NCBI GenBank assembly: GCA_040285825.1
Contig: JAUPSS010000001.1
Span: forward strand, 1,550,001 to 1,614,000
Source of the DNA: Eukaryota sp. TZLM1-RC
Taxonomy: Eukaryota; Protista; Metamonada: BaSk clade
Direction of reading: 5' to 3'
Length of the DNA stretch: 64,000 nt
The stretch's first letter is position 1, and each line of letters begins with the position of its first letter. The notes beneath the pieces are model-generated. The model was not told where the DNA came from. It searched no databases and saw only the letters and a list, made by a program, of their open reading frames with translations. Shown one piece after another: positions 24,958 to 36,360 of the stretch. The translations under genes were made by a program, and so were the position numbers.

Positions 24958-27900
24958 ATGAGGATGAGGTGGATCCTTCTCTTTCTGGTCTGTCTATCCC
25001 ATGCTACTCAAGTCTATCTCGTTGATGCTGTCACTGTCGGTCAAATTTTTCTCTGGTCTTCTCCTTCTTCTTGGACTTCCCCTCTTCAACCTTCATCCAC
25101 AATCTTTGTAGATGGAAAAGGAATGAACCCTATCCTTGTTGTCGATGTTGTACCATCAGTATACTCTCTTCATCTCTCTGATGTTACCTTACGCTTGAAA
25201 CACCATGTTGTTATACCTCATACCACAACCCTTGATGATGTCATTGTTGAGTCTGACATTGGACAGATGGTCAACTTCACCACTACTAACTTGGAAGTTT
25301 TGGGACCATGCGAGTTGAATCTAATTAGCTTTGTTATAAAAGGAAATGGTAAACTTGCTGGTATTCTTTCTCTTTCACAATCCTCTTTGTTGGTTGATTT
25401 TGGTGCTGAATTGGTGATTGAAGGAGGTAGTTCTGATTCATTTGAATTAAAGGCGTGGGGTGATGGTAGACATGGCAGAACTGGTACGGGTTATACTACT
25501 AATTCACACCCACTATTACAAGTAGATACTGATGAAGAATTTACTTTTATTGCTGGTGGTAATGAACATACATTAGCCATCACTAGTGAAGGTACCCTAT
25601 TTTCTTGGGGAAGAAACGAAGCTGGTTGTTTGGGGTTGGATTCATCAAATGATCAATATATCCCACAAGAAGTTGATTTTGAAAATGTTGTTCAAATTTC
25701 AGCTGGAGCCTACTTTGGCCTTGCAAGAACTCAAGATAACCTTGTTTATTCTTGGGGTAGGGGATGGTATGGTAGACTTGGTCATGGTAGTTATCGTATT
25801 CTACCAGACAATTATGAACCTAAACCTAAACAGATTGATTTACTTGATGATGTAATTGATGTTAGCGCTGGCAACACCCATGGTTTGGCAGTACTTTCTA
25901 ATGGAAAAGTAATGGCATGGGGTTATAATTTTCAAGGTGAACTTGGAGATGGAACTTACTTACGAAGGCCTACTCCTCGGGAAGTCAATATAACTGAAGT
26001 TGTGGAAAAAGTCGTTGGTTGCCATTTTTTTTCACTCTTTCTCACTCAGGGTAATAATTTAATGACGACTGGTACAAATGATGATGGTCAACTTTGCCTG
26101 GGGCATTTCTTTAGGAGAAACTCCCCTGAAAAGATATTAAATTCTGATGATTATAAAATAGTTCAAGTCAGTTGTGGTTATCATTCTACATTTTTCCTAA
26201 CAAAAGAAGGTGATGTTTATAGTTGTGGTGAAGTTTTGGGTAGACCTACAGACTCTATTTTTCGTCACACACCAGGCAAAGTTCAAGGTTTGGGTAGGGT
26301 AAGTAGTATTGGTAGCGGCTATGATATTGCTTTTGCTATTGATTTTAATTATGCTTTATACAGCTGGGAAGCTGGTGATCATCAAGCTTCAATTAATGAC
26401 GAAACAAGAGATTTTGAAGTTGGTAGTGTTTATGCTGGACGATACCATTTTTTCATTCAACCACCCCCACCAGCTGCAATAAGTACTCTTGACAATTCTT
26501 TACTCAAAGTAAATGGCACAGTGGAAAATATTGCTGAAAGTTCTTTTACTTTTGAAATAGAAATTCTTGTTCATTCTACTGGATCTTTATTGGCCAAAAA
26601 TGGATTTTTTGTTTTTGACAAAAGAGTTGTTAATGCTGGTTTAATTAAAGCAATGAATGATTTTGAACTAATATTTGAAAGTGATTTGAACCTGGAAGGA
26701 GGACAAGTAAGTTCTGAAATTTCTATTGAAAATAAAGAGGGAAACTCAATCACAGGATTTGGTCATTTCAAGTCGGATTTAATTAACCATGGTACAATAG
26801 AACCATCTGGAATTATAGAAGTCACTGGTGATTTACAATTAAGTGATTCATCTACCATTTTATTTACCAATCAAAAAACTGATAATGGTAAATTAATTGT
26901 AGATGATACAGGTTATTTAGGTGGATTACTAGAAGTTGATTATTCATTTCAACCCGTACAAAAAGACTTTAATTTGGATTTAATAACTTTTAATTCTAAA
27001 TCAAATGAATTTAACCAGATTCTCATCAATTGTGAATCTTTTATAGAAGTAACAGAAGATTTGTTTCTATTAACTGCTATTAATGAGATTATTCCAGATT
27101 TAAACCATATTTCTTTTATTTCTCCTTTTGGACTTAATGAAGATTGTTGTGGTACTGCCTCAGTTCCATGTTTGACACTTAGTAAAATAATCGAAAGAAT
27201 GGGTTATTATGGTGTTATTTATTTTGAAGAAGGCGAATATAATGAAATTAATTTTGATGTTGGTTTGATTGGAGTTGACTTTGAATTTAGAGGAAATGAA
27301 GATGATATTAGTATTAGTGTTTCAACTTCACTGAGTGTTGCTCAGTCTTACCTTAATATCAGTAATATTGAGTTTGATTTATCGGATTTTACATCTTTTT
27401 TGATTATCGAGGATTCCACTCTAATACTAGAAAATGTAGTAATTAATTCGAATACTCGAATCATCGATGGCTTTAATTCAAATGTTGCTTTTAATAATGT
27501 AGAAATTACGTCAAATAACCAAATTGAACCCTTTATTGACCTGTACCTTTGTCAATTTACTGGATTTAATTCAATACTGCTTGGTGAAGGAATTTCTTTG
27601 TATTTCAATCATTCAGTCATTCAAATGACCAACTTTTTGATTGAAGGTCAAGTTGTTCCATCTGATAACGTATTATTTGTTGGAAATTCAAAAATGGATT
27701 TAACTGATATTAGGTTTTCAATAGTTGAAAGAGACTTTGGTGATTCCAATCCTTCAATCATTTTTACTACCAGTTCAAGTATTTCCATTTCTAATTCATT
27801 TCTTGTAAATTCCGACTTGCTTCTTTTAGAAGCCGTCACTAGTGAAGTTGTTTTTAATTCACTCAATGTTTCAAATTGTCAGAGCTCTTTGTTCATCAAT

Positions 27901-30900
27901 ACTACTTTATCTAGTGTTGAATTAAATAATGTCATAGTTAATCACTCAATAGGTCGGTTTTTACTAGCCCAAGACACTAGTGAAGTAGTCTTTAGAAATG
28001 TTACTTTTGAAAAAGTTACTTCTGATTCACCTTTGATTGAAGTTATTGATTCCAATTTCTTTTCAGTTGATTTTGATGTTTTTAATTGTGAAGTATATTC
28101 ATTATTTGATTCGCTGAAATCAAACAGTGAATTAATTAAAACTTACCTAATCAATCTTACCCTTACTGGTGGTAATTTATTAAATATTGGTCAAAGTTAT
28201 TTAGAACTAACCCAATTGGAAATGGTTGGTTACACTTTTGATGGAATTCCCAATGTTTTTACTTGTAAACAACAAAGTTATTTAATTAATTCCATCAATT
28301 CCACGTTTACTATAATTCAATCAAATTTGATTGGTTGTTTAGTGGATACAATCCTTTACTTTGATCTAAATTTTGAGGATTCTACCGCTTCGTTCCTCAA
28401 CTTTCTTGACTATTTAGCTTTAACAAGGTTATTGCTTCTGAATTCTACTATTGAATTAAATACAAATCATTCAGTATTGGTTAGATCAATTGAGTTGGAC
28501 GAGAACAGTTCTATTTCAGGCAAGGATAAATACCTCAATTTAGAGCTAATGATTAGTGAATTATCAACAATTAATGATTGTGTTGGTACAAGGGAATGGC
28601 AAATTGAATTTAACTTTCCTTTTGCTGAATTAATTGAAGACTTTGTGTTAATTCATGAATATAATTCTGTTTCGAAAAATATTTTTTCCTCTGTTGATTT
28701 CTTATTAATCAGTTTCAAGGACAATTATGCAGCAAACAGTTACCTTGATTACTTTGAAGTGCATTTTTCATCACCAATTATTCAGTTTTTCCACTCAAAA
28801 GTTTTGCAACTATGTTCACCGCATCTTTCACTTCCTCCAACACCAACTCAAGGTAAAGAATTGTTATTAAACGGTACCAATTTAGGTCATGATTTATTAT
28901 TAATTTCAAGTAGTACTATTAATTTTATACCAGATTCCCCAATCAATCACGAAACTATCGCAGTTATTGTCCCCCCAGGAGCTGGTTGTCATGACGTGGA
29001 AGTCAAACGAAGTCTTGATACTATTGTTGTATTTATGACCTTTTGTTTTCAATCTCCCTCAATTGACTTTGCTCAACAAAACCCTTATAAACTGGAAGAG
29101 TTTGTTGTTATTTATGGTAACAATTTTTATGACAGTCCAGCTTTAGTTGAGGTGGAGTTGCAAAATTCAACTTTTCTTCACTCTCTGGCTTCCATAAACC
29201 ATACAGTTATCGTTTTTAAAATAGAAAATATTTGTAATTTATCATTCAGCAATGTTCCAATAGTTATTACCATTGGTGGACAGGTTTCTAATACTTACCA
29301 GTTGGGAATGAATTTTCCAACTTATATTACAAGTTCACATTTACTCAACCCATTTGATGAGGATATTTCATTGACTTTGAATCAAGATATCACCTTTAAT
29401 ACGTTATCCCAATGTAATGATATAGAACTTGTTGGCAATGTTCCTTTAAACTGGACGATTGCTGGCCCTACTGAATTTGAGCTCAATTTTGACCTAGCTG
29501 GAGTTGACTCTTTGCAGCTTCTTGTTCAGTTTTCTAAGAATTTTGTGCAGCTAATAGAAGTTCCAGTTGTAGATTTTTATGTTTTACCCACAGACTACAT
29601 TTGTATTACTAACCAAATCTGCATAATTAAAGTTTGTGTGCTTTTTGATAATGTTGATTTGCATGACTATTTCCCAATTGGCGATGGTAATATCTTGATT
29701 ACTGATTATGAATTTGCTGAATCTGGATGTATGTTGATTAATTTAGTAGTCAAAAGGGAAAGTAATGAAGCAAGTCTCCAGTTATGTTCTGAATCTCTTT
29801 GTAATACTCTTCAAGGCTTACCAAAAGTAGTCACTATTGATTCATTAAGTCCAAGCTTAGTTCAATGGGAATATAAGACAACTGACGTGTCAATTACTTT
29901 GACAGGTGAAAATATTGACTTTTACAACAACAGTCTTTGGGAAAATTCATTTTTGTTTGGTGGTAAAGTGATTGATTTTTCCATTCAAGGACCAACCTCT
30001 GTTACCTTCACCTTTGAATTCACTTCAATGGGTAACCAATCATTGCAATATATTGGTTTTGGTAGCGTTGTTGAATTATTTACTATTAATTGTGATGATT
30101 TTCTAGTTATTGTACCTTCTTATTTCCTTCAATCAGAATTAATTATTTACTCCCGTTTTAGTCAGTCTTATTTGGAATTATCACATGGTAATGAGATTTT
30201 GCAAATTAGTGCTGGTGAAAACTCTTTGATAACACAAAAAGAGGGAAATTCAATATTTCTTAACTCTAGAACGGTATCAGAAATGATTGAACTTGGCCAT
30301 ATTTCGAGGGTTATTAAAGTCAATGTTTCTTATAATTGTTCAATTACTTTCCCCCATTCTGATACATATTTTGAGATTAAATCGTTAAGTAAATGTTTTG
30401 TTAAATATTCTTCAACTGATACCCAGATCGAATTAGAAGTATTTGGATCTGAAGTGGGGGTGTGTGTAATTGAATTAGTGGTTAACTATCACGAATCAAG
30501 AGTTACAAAAGAAATAGTATTTCAAATAGTTGAACCACCAAAATTGGAGTTATTGGGAGATAATTATTTTGTCAAAACTGATAATATTACTTTGACTGCT
30601 TTAATTGAATCAGGATTCAGTAGCTTCAACGATTATTCCCTGGCTATTGACAATAAATATCTGGCCTACAGGTTGACTTCATTTGTGGAGAATTTAACAT
30701 ATTATGTTCAAACAATTGAGGTTATTCTAACGCCAGGTAATTTGAACTTAACTAAACCTGTAACCTTTTTGAATTTAGAATTACATTCTGATTTATTTGG
30801 CACAATGTTGGTAGCAGAATTACAAATTTTTGACGTTGAACTCTTTACAAATTCTACGGTTTCCTTTTTTGAACCAAGAGATGTTGTTATGGAAACTAAT

Positions 30901-33468
30901 GCTGAAATCAAACCACCATTATATTGTGTCATTCAAGGTAAATCATTTGATGTCATCATTGATGGGTTAAATCTGATCTGCAAAAATGTCATTATTTCTA
31001 CTTACAAGGAATTTGTTAAGGTAAGTATTTACTATTTTGACTTGGAAATTGGTAGTTTGGAGTTAACTTCTGAACCCTTTTTTGTAGATCAATGTTTTGT
31101 TCCAGATCACGTTTCTCATGTTCAATATACAGATTTGGTTGTCAATAACGAACCATTAATTAACTTATTCGATAAAACTAGGTGTTGCCTTGTTGCACTT
31201 GGTGATTGCTATTCTAGTTTCAAAGCTGGAGAGGAGTTTACCATTGAATTTACAGAAACTTACCAAATAACATCAATTACTCTTACCACTAATTCTTCTT
31301 GTTCGGATTCCTTACAAAGCTCACCAATTAGACTTGGTAAAACCACCAATGATTTATGGAATTGTGAATCACTTTTGAATGGTTTTGATGATGCTTTAAT
31401 GTGTAGTATTGAGGTTGATTTTAGTAATGTGACCTCAATTACTTTTGAAATACTAGAAGATTTACTACTATTTGAAGTTGAAATTTATGGATACAAAACT
31501 AACAAGTGCTTGAGATCAATTGATGATTTCGTAGGAATAACAACTAGTGGAGATTTTCTGTTTATTGGTGGTTATTATGAATTTGCTGGAGAAATGTTTG
31601 AAATGTTTGGCTCAATTTACACACTGTTAGACAATACAATTGTGAGTGAAGTTATTACAGAACCCTTTACTGTCAATTATTCATTTTCTTCTTCTGATTG
31701 TTACTATTCCACGTCAATGCTCAGTGCTTTAATTGAACCTCAAAAACCACAATCTATCATTTTAGTAAATGATACAATTACTATGATTTCAAACTCATTT
31801 ATTTTAAAACTTCAATGTCGGGATTCAAACAACTTAATGGTTAATTGTTTTGAACCTAGTCAAACCAATTTAGTTAATTATTCAAGTTTCAGTTATAATC
31901 ATTATTATATTCAGTCGTTTAATTCAATTAAGTTTGATATTCAAGGTATTTATCCAGGAAATCATTCAATTCAATTTGGTATTGCAGATAAATCAAAGTT
32001 GATTTTTCTACTTCTTCAAGAATTTAAAAAGGAATTATTAGTAAATCTGCTTCAAATTCATCAATGTAATCGTTTAAACTTGTTTTATAGTAGTTGTTCC
32101 CTTATTACTCTTGAATTAACACTAATTACTCAAGATTTACTGGTCAATTATACCCAATCACTCAGTTTATATGAAGTTGATTTATCACATGATTTAATGA
32201 TTACCCACTATGTGTCAAGTTTTAATGAATTAGAAGTAACTGGTTTACCATTAGGTGAAACTGAAATACTATTCTCTCACCAATCAACACTTGCTTCAGC
32301 TATGTTTACCTTAAACGACTGTGATCCAACTAGAATAAACCTAAATAACGAGTGTCATTGTAAGCCAGGAACAGTTCTTGGTCCTGTAGGGGAATGTGAA
32401 CCTTGTCCATTGGGTTATTATTTAGATAATCCTTTGTTAGGTCAATGTATCAATTGCCCACAAGACAAAATTACTAATTCAATTGGTTCTTCAATTATTA
32501 CTGAATGTGTTTGTCCAAAATCTTCGTTTGATGATGGAAAAGGTTGCATTAACTGCCCAAAATTCAGTACTTGTGAATATGGTGAGTTAGCAAGTGTTTC
32601 AAATGGTTACAAGTTTACCCTCGAAACAGGAGCAATTTCATGTCCTTATAGGTATTCATGTAGAAATAACCAATGTCGATTTAATACAAAAGGAATTGAT
32701 TGTACTGAGTGTATTGAAGGGACCAAAAGGTATGGGTTTGTTTGTATTGGAGCAAGTGCTTTTACTTTTATAATTGGTCTTGGTCTCAATTTGGTTCTTG
32801 CTTTTTTATTGATACTCAGTGAACATTACTTGAGGTTTTCGAACAACTTTTATAACAAGGTTTTGAATCAGTTCACGCAGTCTTCACTTTCAGCATCCAC
32901 CACTCGCTCACTTGTTCAGTCTAAAGGACAAATCATTTGTCCATTGAGACTTTTGATGGTTTTGTCAGTAGTAATTAATGGTAATCTTCTTCTGATCACT
33001 GTACCTTTTTCCTTAAGTGCATCATTATTTGGTAATAGATTTGGGTTTTCGCTGTTGATTTTTTGTTTTTTGATCAATTATTATTTTTGTAGAAAAGTTC
33101 TACGACATAATTTCCCATTCAAAGACTCTTATTACTGCCACTTTTGCTTGTTTACTGGTTTTATTGGTATTTATAGTAAATTAATTGAGATTAAGCTAGA
33201 CATTGAACTGTTGTTGTTGTTTGGGGTGTCTGTGTACTGGTTTAATTCAATATGCAAGAAACAAAAAGATAATGACAGGTTTAGGTCATTAATAGTAGCA
33301 ATTTTCCTACTAATTTTATTGTATTTACCATATACAATTCAATTAATTACTCAGGCAATTGTTTTTCTTGTTTTGACATTTTATTCTGGTGACCAAAATC
33401 GTTATGTTTCTTATATAGCTTCTCTTTACAGTAGTTTATTGCTCATACTACATGTTTTTTATTCGTAG
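24958..33468 (+). CDS. Giant 2836-aa surface/membrane protein: signal peptide, RCC1 propeller, beta-helix-like region, IPT/TIG-like domains, Cys-rich GCC2/GCC3-like repeats, multi-pass TM C-terminus
   Basis: MRMRWILLFLVCLSHA signal; RCC1 repeats at ~aa 160-500; CCGTASVPCLTL followed by beta-helix-like 'N..F.N' repeats; CEPCPLGYY...CINCPQDKIT; several hydrophobic segments at the end; intact intronless 8.5-kb ORF. Confidence 0.85.
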   Translation: MRMRWILLFLVCLSHATQVYLVDAVTVGQIFLWSSPSSWTSPLQPSSTIFVDGKGMNPILVVDVVPSVYSLHLSDVTLRLKHHVVIPHTTTLDDVIVESDIGQMVNFTTTNLEVLGPCELNLISFVIKGNGKLAGILSLSQSSLLVDFGAELVIEGGSSDSFELKAWGDGRHGRTGTGYTTNSHPLLQVDTDEEFTFIAGGNEHTLAITSEGTLFSWGRNEAGCLGLDSSNDQYIPQEVDFENVVQISAGAYFGLARTQDNLVYSWGRGWYGRLGHGSYRILPDNYEPKPKQIDLLDDVIDVSAGNTHGLAVLSNGKVMAWGYNFQGELGDGTYLRRPTPREVNITEVVEKVVGCHFFSLFLTQGNNLMTTGTNDDGQLCLGHFFRRNSPEKILNSDDYKIVQVSCGYHSTFFLTKEGDVYSCGEVLGRPTDSIFRHTPGKVQGLGRVSSIGSGYDIAFAIDFNYALYSWEAGDHQASINDETRDFEVGSVYAGRYHFFIQPPPPAAISTLDNSLLKVNGTVENIAESSFTFEIEILVHSTGSLLAKNGFFVFDKRVVNAGLIKAMNDFELIFESDLNLEGGQVSSEISIENKEGNSITGFGHFKSDLINHGTIEPSGIIEVTGDLQLSDSSTILFTNQKTDNGKLIVDDTGYLGGLLEVDYSFQPVQKDFNLDLITFNSKSNEFNQILINCESFIEVTEDLFLLTAINEIIPDLNHISFISPFGLNEDCCGTASVPCLTLSKIIERMGYYGVIYFEEGEYNEINFDVGLIGVDFEFRGNEDDISISVSTSLSVAQSYLNISNIEFDLSDFTSFLIIEDSTLILENVVINSNTRIIDGFNSNVAFNNVEITSNNQIEPFIDLYLCQFTGFNSILLGEGISLYFNHSVIQMTNFLIEGQVVPSDNVLFVGNSKMDLTDIRFSIVERDFGDSNPSIIFTTSSSISISNSFLVNSDLLLLEAVTSEVVFNSLNVSNCQSSLFINTTLSSVELNNVIVNHSIGRFLLAQDTSEVVFRNVTFEKVTSDSPLIEVIDSNFFSVDFDVFNCEVYSLFDSLKSNSELIKTYLINLTLTGGNLLNIGQSYLELTQLEMVGYTFDGIPNVFTCKQQSYLINSINSTFTIIQSNLIGCLVDTILYFDLNFEDSTASFLNFLDYLALTRLLLLNSTIELNTNHSVLVRSIELDENSSISGKDKYLNLELMISELSTINDCVGTREWQIEFNFPFAELIEDFVLIHEYNSVSKNIFSSVDFLLISFKDNYAANSYLDYFEVHFSSPIIQFFHSKVLQLCSPHLSLPPTPTQGKELLLNGTNLGHDLLLISSSTINFIPDSPINHETIAVIVPPGAGCHDVEVKRSLDTIVVFMTFCFQSPSIDFAQQNPYKLEEFVVIYGNNFYDSPALVEVELQNSTFLHSLASINHTVIVFKIENICNLSFSNVPIVITIGGQVSNTYQLGMNFPTYITSSHLLNPFDEDISLTLNQDITFNTLSQCNDIELVGNVPLNWTIAGPTEFELNFDLAGVDSLQLLVQFSKNFVQLIEVPVVDFYVLPTDYICITNQICIIKVCVLFDNVDLHDYFPIGDGNILITDYEFAESGCMLINLVVKRESNEASLQLCSESLCNTLQGLPKVVTIDSLSPSLVQWEYKTTDVSITLTGENIDFYNNSLWENSFLFGGKVIDFSIQGPTSVTFTFEFTSMGNQSLQYIGFGSVVELFTINCDDFLVIVPSYFLQSELIIYSRFSQSYLELSHGNEILQISAGENSLITQKEGNSIFLNSRTVSEMIELGHISRVIKVNVSYNCSITFPHSDTYFEIKSLSKCFVKYSSTDTQIELEVFGSEVGVCVIELVVNYHESRVTKEIVFQIVEPPKLELLGDNYFVKTDNITLTALIESGFSSFNDYSLAIDNKYLAYRLTSFVENLTYYVQTIEVILTPGNLNLTKPVTFLNLELHSDLFGTMLVAELQIFDVELFTNSTVSFFEPRDVVMETNAEIKPPLYCVIQGKSFDVIIDGLNLICKNVIISTYKEFVKVSIYYFDLEIGSLELTSEPFFVDQCFVPDHVSHVQYTDLVVNNEPLINLFDKTRCCLVALGDCYSSFKAGEEFTIEFTETYQITSITLTTNSSCSDSLQSSPIRLGKTTNDLWNCESLLNGFDDALMCSIEVDFSNVTSITFEILEDLLLFEVEIYGYKTNKCLRSIDDFVGITTSGDFLFIGGYYEFAGEMFEMFGSIYTLLDNTIVSEVITEPFTVNYSFSSSDCYYSTSMLSALIEPQKPQSIILVNDTITMISNSFILKLQCRDSNNLMVNCFEPSQTNLVNYSSFSYNHYYIQSFNSIKFDIQGIYPGNHSIQFGIADKSKLIFLLLQEFKKELLVNLLQIHQCNRLNLFYSSCSLITLELTLITQDLLVNYTQSLSLYEVDLSHDLMITHYVSSFNELEVTGLPLGETEILFSHQSTLASAMFTLNDCDPTRINLNNECHCKPGTVLGPVGECEPCPLGYYLDNPLLGQCINCPQDKITNSIGSSIITECVCPKSSFDDGKGCINCPKFSTCEYGELASVSNGYKFTLETGAISCPYRYSCRNNQCRFNTKGIDCTECIEGTKRYGFVCIGASAFTFIIGLGLNLVLAFLLILSEHYLRFSNNFYNKVLNQFTQSSLSASTTRSLVQSKGQIICPLRLLMVLSVVINGNLLLITVPFSLSASLFGNRFGFSLLIFCFLINYYFCRKVLRHNFPFKDSYYCHFCLFTGFIGIYSKLIEIKLDIELLLLFGVSVYWFNSICKKQKDNDRFRSLIVAIFLLILLYLPYTIQLITQAIVFLVLTFYSGDQNRYVSYIASLYSSLLLILHVFYS

Positions 33469-35844
33469 AAAACTGCTTCAGCTGAATTGATACTGGATTT
33501 GAATTATTCAAATCAATATCTTTCATTGCCATATGGTTTAAATAATTTTTCAATTTTTTTATTACAACATATTGCAAAATTATATTTGTTATGATTGTGA
33601 TTAAAGTTATATTTATTTTGAAAAAATAACTGATTTTTGTTATAACACTGAGTGTGAGATTCAGCATTCAAAGAAAACAATTGTGTTTTATATTTATCAA
33701 TTTTGGAATTTTCGGCAACAGACAGCGGATTCTTGTGTTTTGACTGAGCTAATGGTATGAAAGAATTATTACACACATCAGTTGATCTCACATCAGTAAT
33801 GATAGTGGTATTCGTGACCAGAATGGGCGTTTTATTTCGTGTAATTTGATTTAGTGAAAATGGTTTTGAGACGATCTTGAATCAAAATAACATTTTTTGT
33901 CCAGTTTTGACTGTTTTAGTTGTCTGTTTTTCTTCAATTCCTGGCCAAGCACTTAAAACTAACTTTTAACTTTTAAATTAATCAAGTTTTAGTTCAAGGT
34001 CTAACAAGTATATGATTACAGCCACCCAACCATTTAATTAATAATTTTAATCAATAATTTGTGCATTAAGTGGTGAGTTTGATAGATGTAGTTGAAGTAA
34101 ATCATTATTGCAGCCTCATTTAATATTATCTCCTTGCTAAGAATATTGCTGGTCCTTTCGGTAATGTATGGTTAGGTTAATTGCGTTTAAAAATTTAATT
34201 TATTTATTAAAAATTTGGAAGTACCCAATGAGTTATCAATTATTTACTTGGTTTGTTGATTTTGAAAGCAATTTCACTGAATAAATCAGTTCTTCGTTTT
34301 TTCTTGGTTTTTTCTTGGTTTTTCTTGATGTTTGTTAATCTCGTTTTACTTCCACAAACACAGCCTAATTGTTATGATTGCATTTGATAAGTTCATTTTC
34401 AATCATAAATTGTATGGTACAACAGCTGTGTTTGGTTTAAAACTTTCGAATTTTGTGTTTTTGCAATTATTTTGCTGATCACACATCCCTCTAATATTAG
34501 AACATACAGCTTTACCACTCATTGTCGGTTTTGTCAAAACAAATTATCAGAGGACACACAAATTTATACAAATTTTAATTAGAGTTCTTTTTGTTGGTAA
34601 GGTTGTTGGTATTAGAAAGAGGATTTGGCAATTCGAACTAAAACAATATTTCACTGGGGTTTCAAACAATAGAAGTTCTTAAAGCTTCTACTTTTATGGA
34701 TGATCTACTTATTTATGAAAAAATGGAGGAGCAATGAGTACCAGTTCTAAATTTCAACAATACCTTCGTTGATCCATCCATCCAAGGAACTAAGTCAACA
34801 ATTACTTCAGAGTTATCGATTCATACTGCAGTAACTCCATTGCAAGATGATAAAACGTATCGGAAATAATATTGAAGATAAACAAAGGTTTTTTTTAACT
34901 AACAAACAAAGGTAGTCCTCAAAACCTGTTGATGAAATTCAATCAAGCATTTGGTCTCAACTCTCCTCTCCCTTTGTGTCCCCAACGAAATCCCCCCAAC
35001 GATTCATCGAATCATTTCCTATGTAGGTTTTTCACTAGTGAATATCTAAGTATATATATGGAATGACATTAAATAAAATAATCTTTATCTTAACCCGCCT
35101 TACACCAATACCTACTAACATACAGCTAGCATTATGCCTAACGGCAACACCTATGTGTATGGAGAAGCACACAAAGTTATATGTTAAGATTCATGAAAGT
35201 TTCTGTTTTAAAAGCGAACTATACTAATCAATTGACATAGTAACGCTGTATTTGTGCAATTTTGAATCACAATGGTGATGATTCATCTTCTTTTATTATA
35301 CACAATTATCTCAGAAACATGTTATCAGTTGAGCACTGGTGAATGGGTTATCAAAAAGATTGAGATTTAGTGTCTTCACCTGATGCTAATCATACTTTCA
35401 GATTTCCTACTATTGTTAGTTTTCACCATTTATACAAAGTGCATGTTGGTTACTGTACTGATTGATTTTTAGGAATAGCAAAGGGCAATTGATTCACAGC
35501 TGTTGATTCAAACAATGCAAGTATACAATTTACTGCTAGTTGAACAAGATCAAATCACGTGTGATGACGTGGCAATAGCTTAAATTTAGTTTTTGTTAAT
35601 TAATACAGCTTTTCCTTCGGTCACTGCAGTAGAACCCCACATTATACAACAGAAGCAAAAAATACGTGAATTTCTACCTTTTAGGTATACTGTTGACATT
35701 TGTGACAGATCACCCATTTCTGATATGCATAACGTACAATTAAAAAAACAATTGTTCTTATTTCTATTCAATGTGAAATACTCAGCTTGCAACACTTTTG
35801 GGCCATTGCCCGTGTTGTCAATAATATTCCGATCACATAAATCA

Positions 35845-36358
35845 GCGAAATACGATTCTCTGGCAAAAATATTACGGCACCAGCATGTGAGAGCTTAAAA
35901 TGCTGGTCTTTTACATATGCATTTGAACAATAATTGAGATCCATCAGGCATTTTCGGACAAATTTTCCAGAAGAATTATAAACAAACATGATAAGTGCTG
36001 GAATTAGAACTGTCAACATGCCCTAAATGATTCATACTTGTTGAGTTTATCTCTTTCAGCATTTTCTAGAAGATTAAAATCTGATTTCGCGTCAGAATTG
36101 TAAACAATTATTTTCAATTTTAAAACAGATAAAATTCAAAGAAGAATTGATATAGTCATGAAATGTAGAGCACAATCATCAATAAATAATGTGAGTCTAA
36201 AGTAGCCAAATTAGACAGTCCAATATTGTAAATTGATAGGTATATTTTTAAGTTAACAGAACATTTTACTACTCCTCTACATGAATATGACCATTCAAGT
36301 GCAAGCCCTTGTTTGGATTACCTTCAAAGTCGTATCAGGAATTTCGAATCTTTTCAAA
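35845..36358 (+). repeat. Diverged direct repeat, copy 1 (paralogue at 39083-40778); contains one ancestral unit of the 79-bp array
   Basis: Shared blocks GATTCTCT.GCAAAAATAT..CGGCACCAGCATG, GATCCATCAGGCATTTT, TTTTCTAGAAGATT.AAATCTGATTTCGCGTCAGAAT and GGAATTTCGAATC. Confidence 0.85.
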
Positions 36359-36360
36359 AT

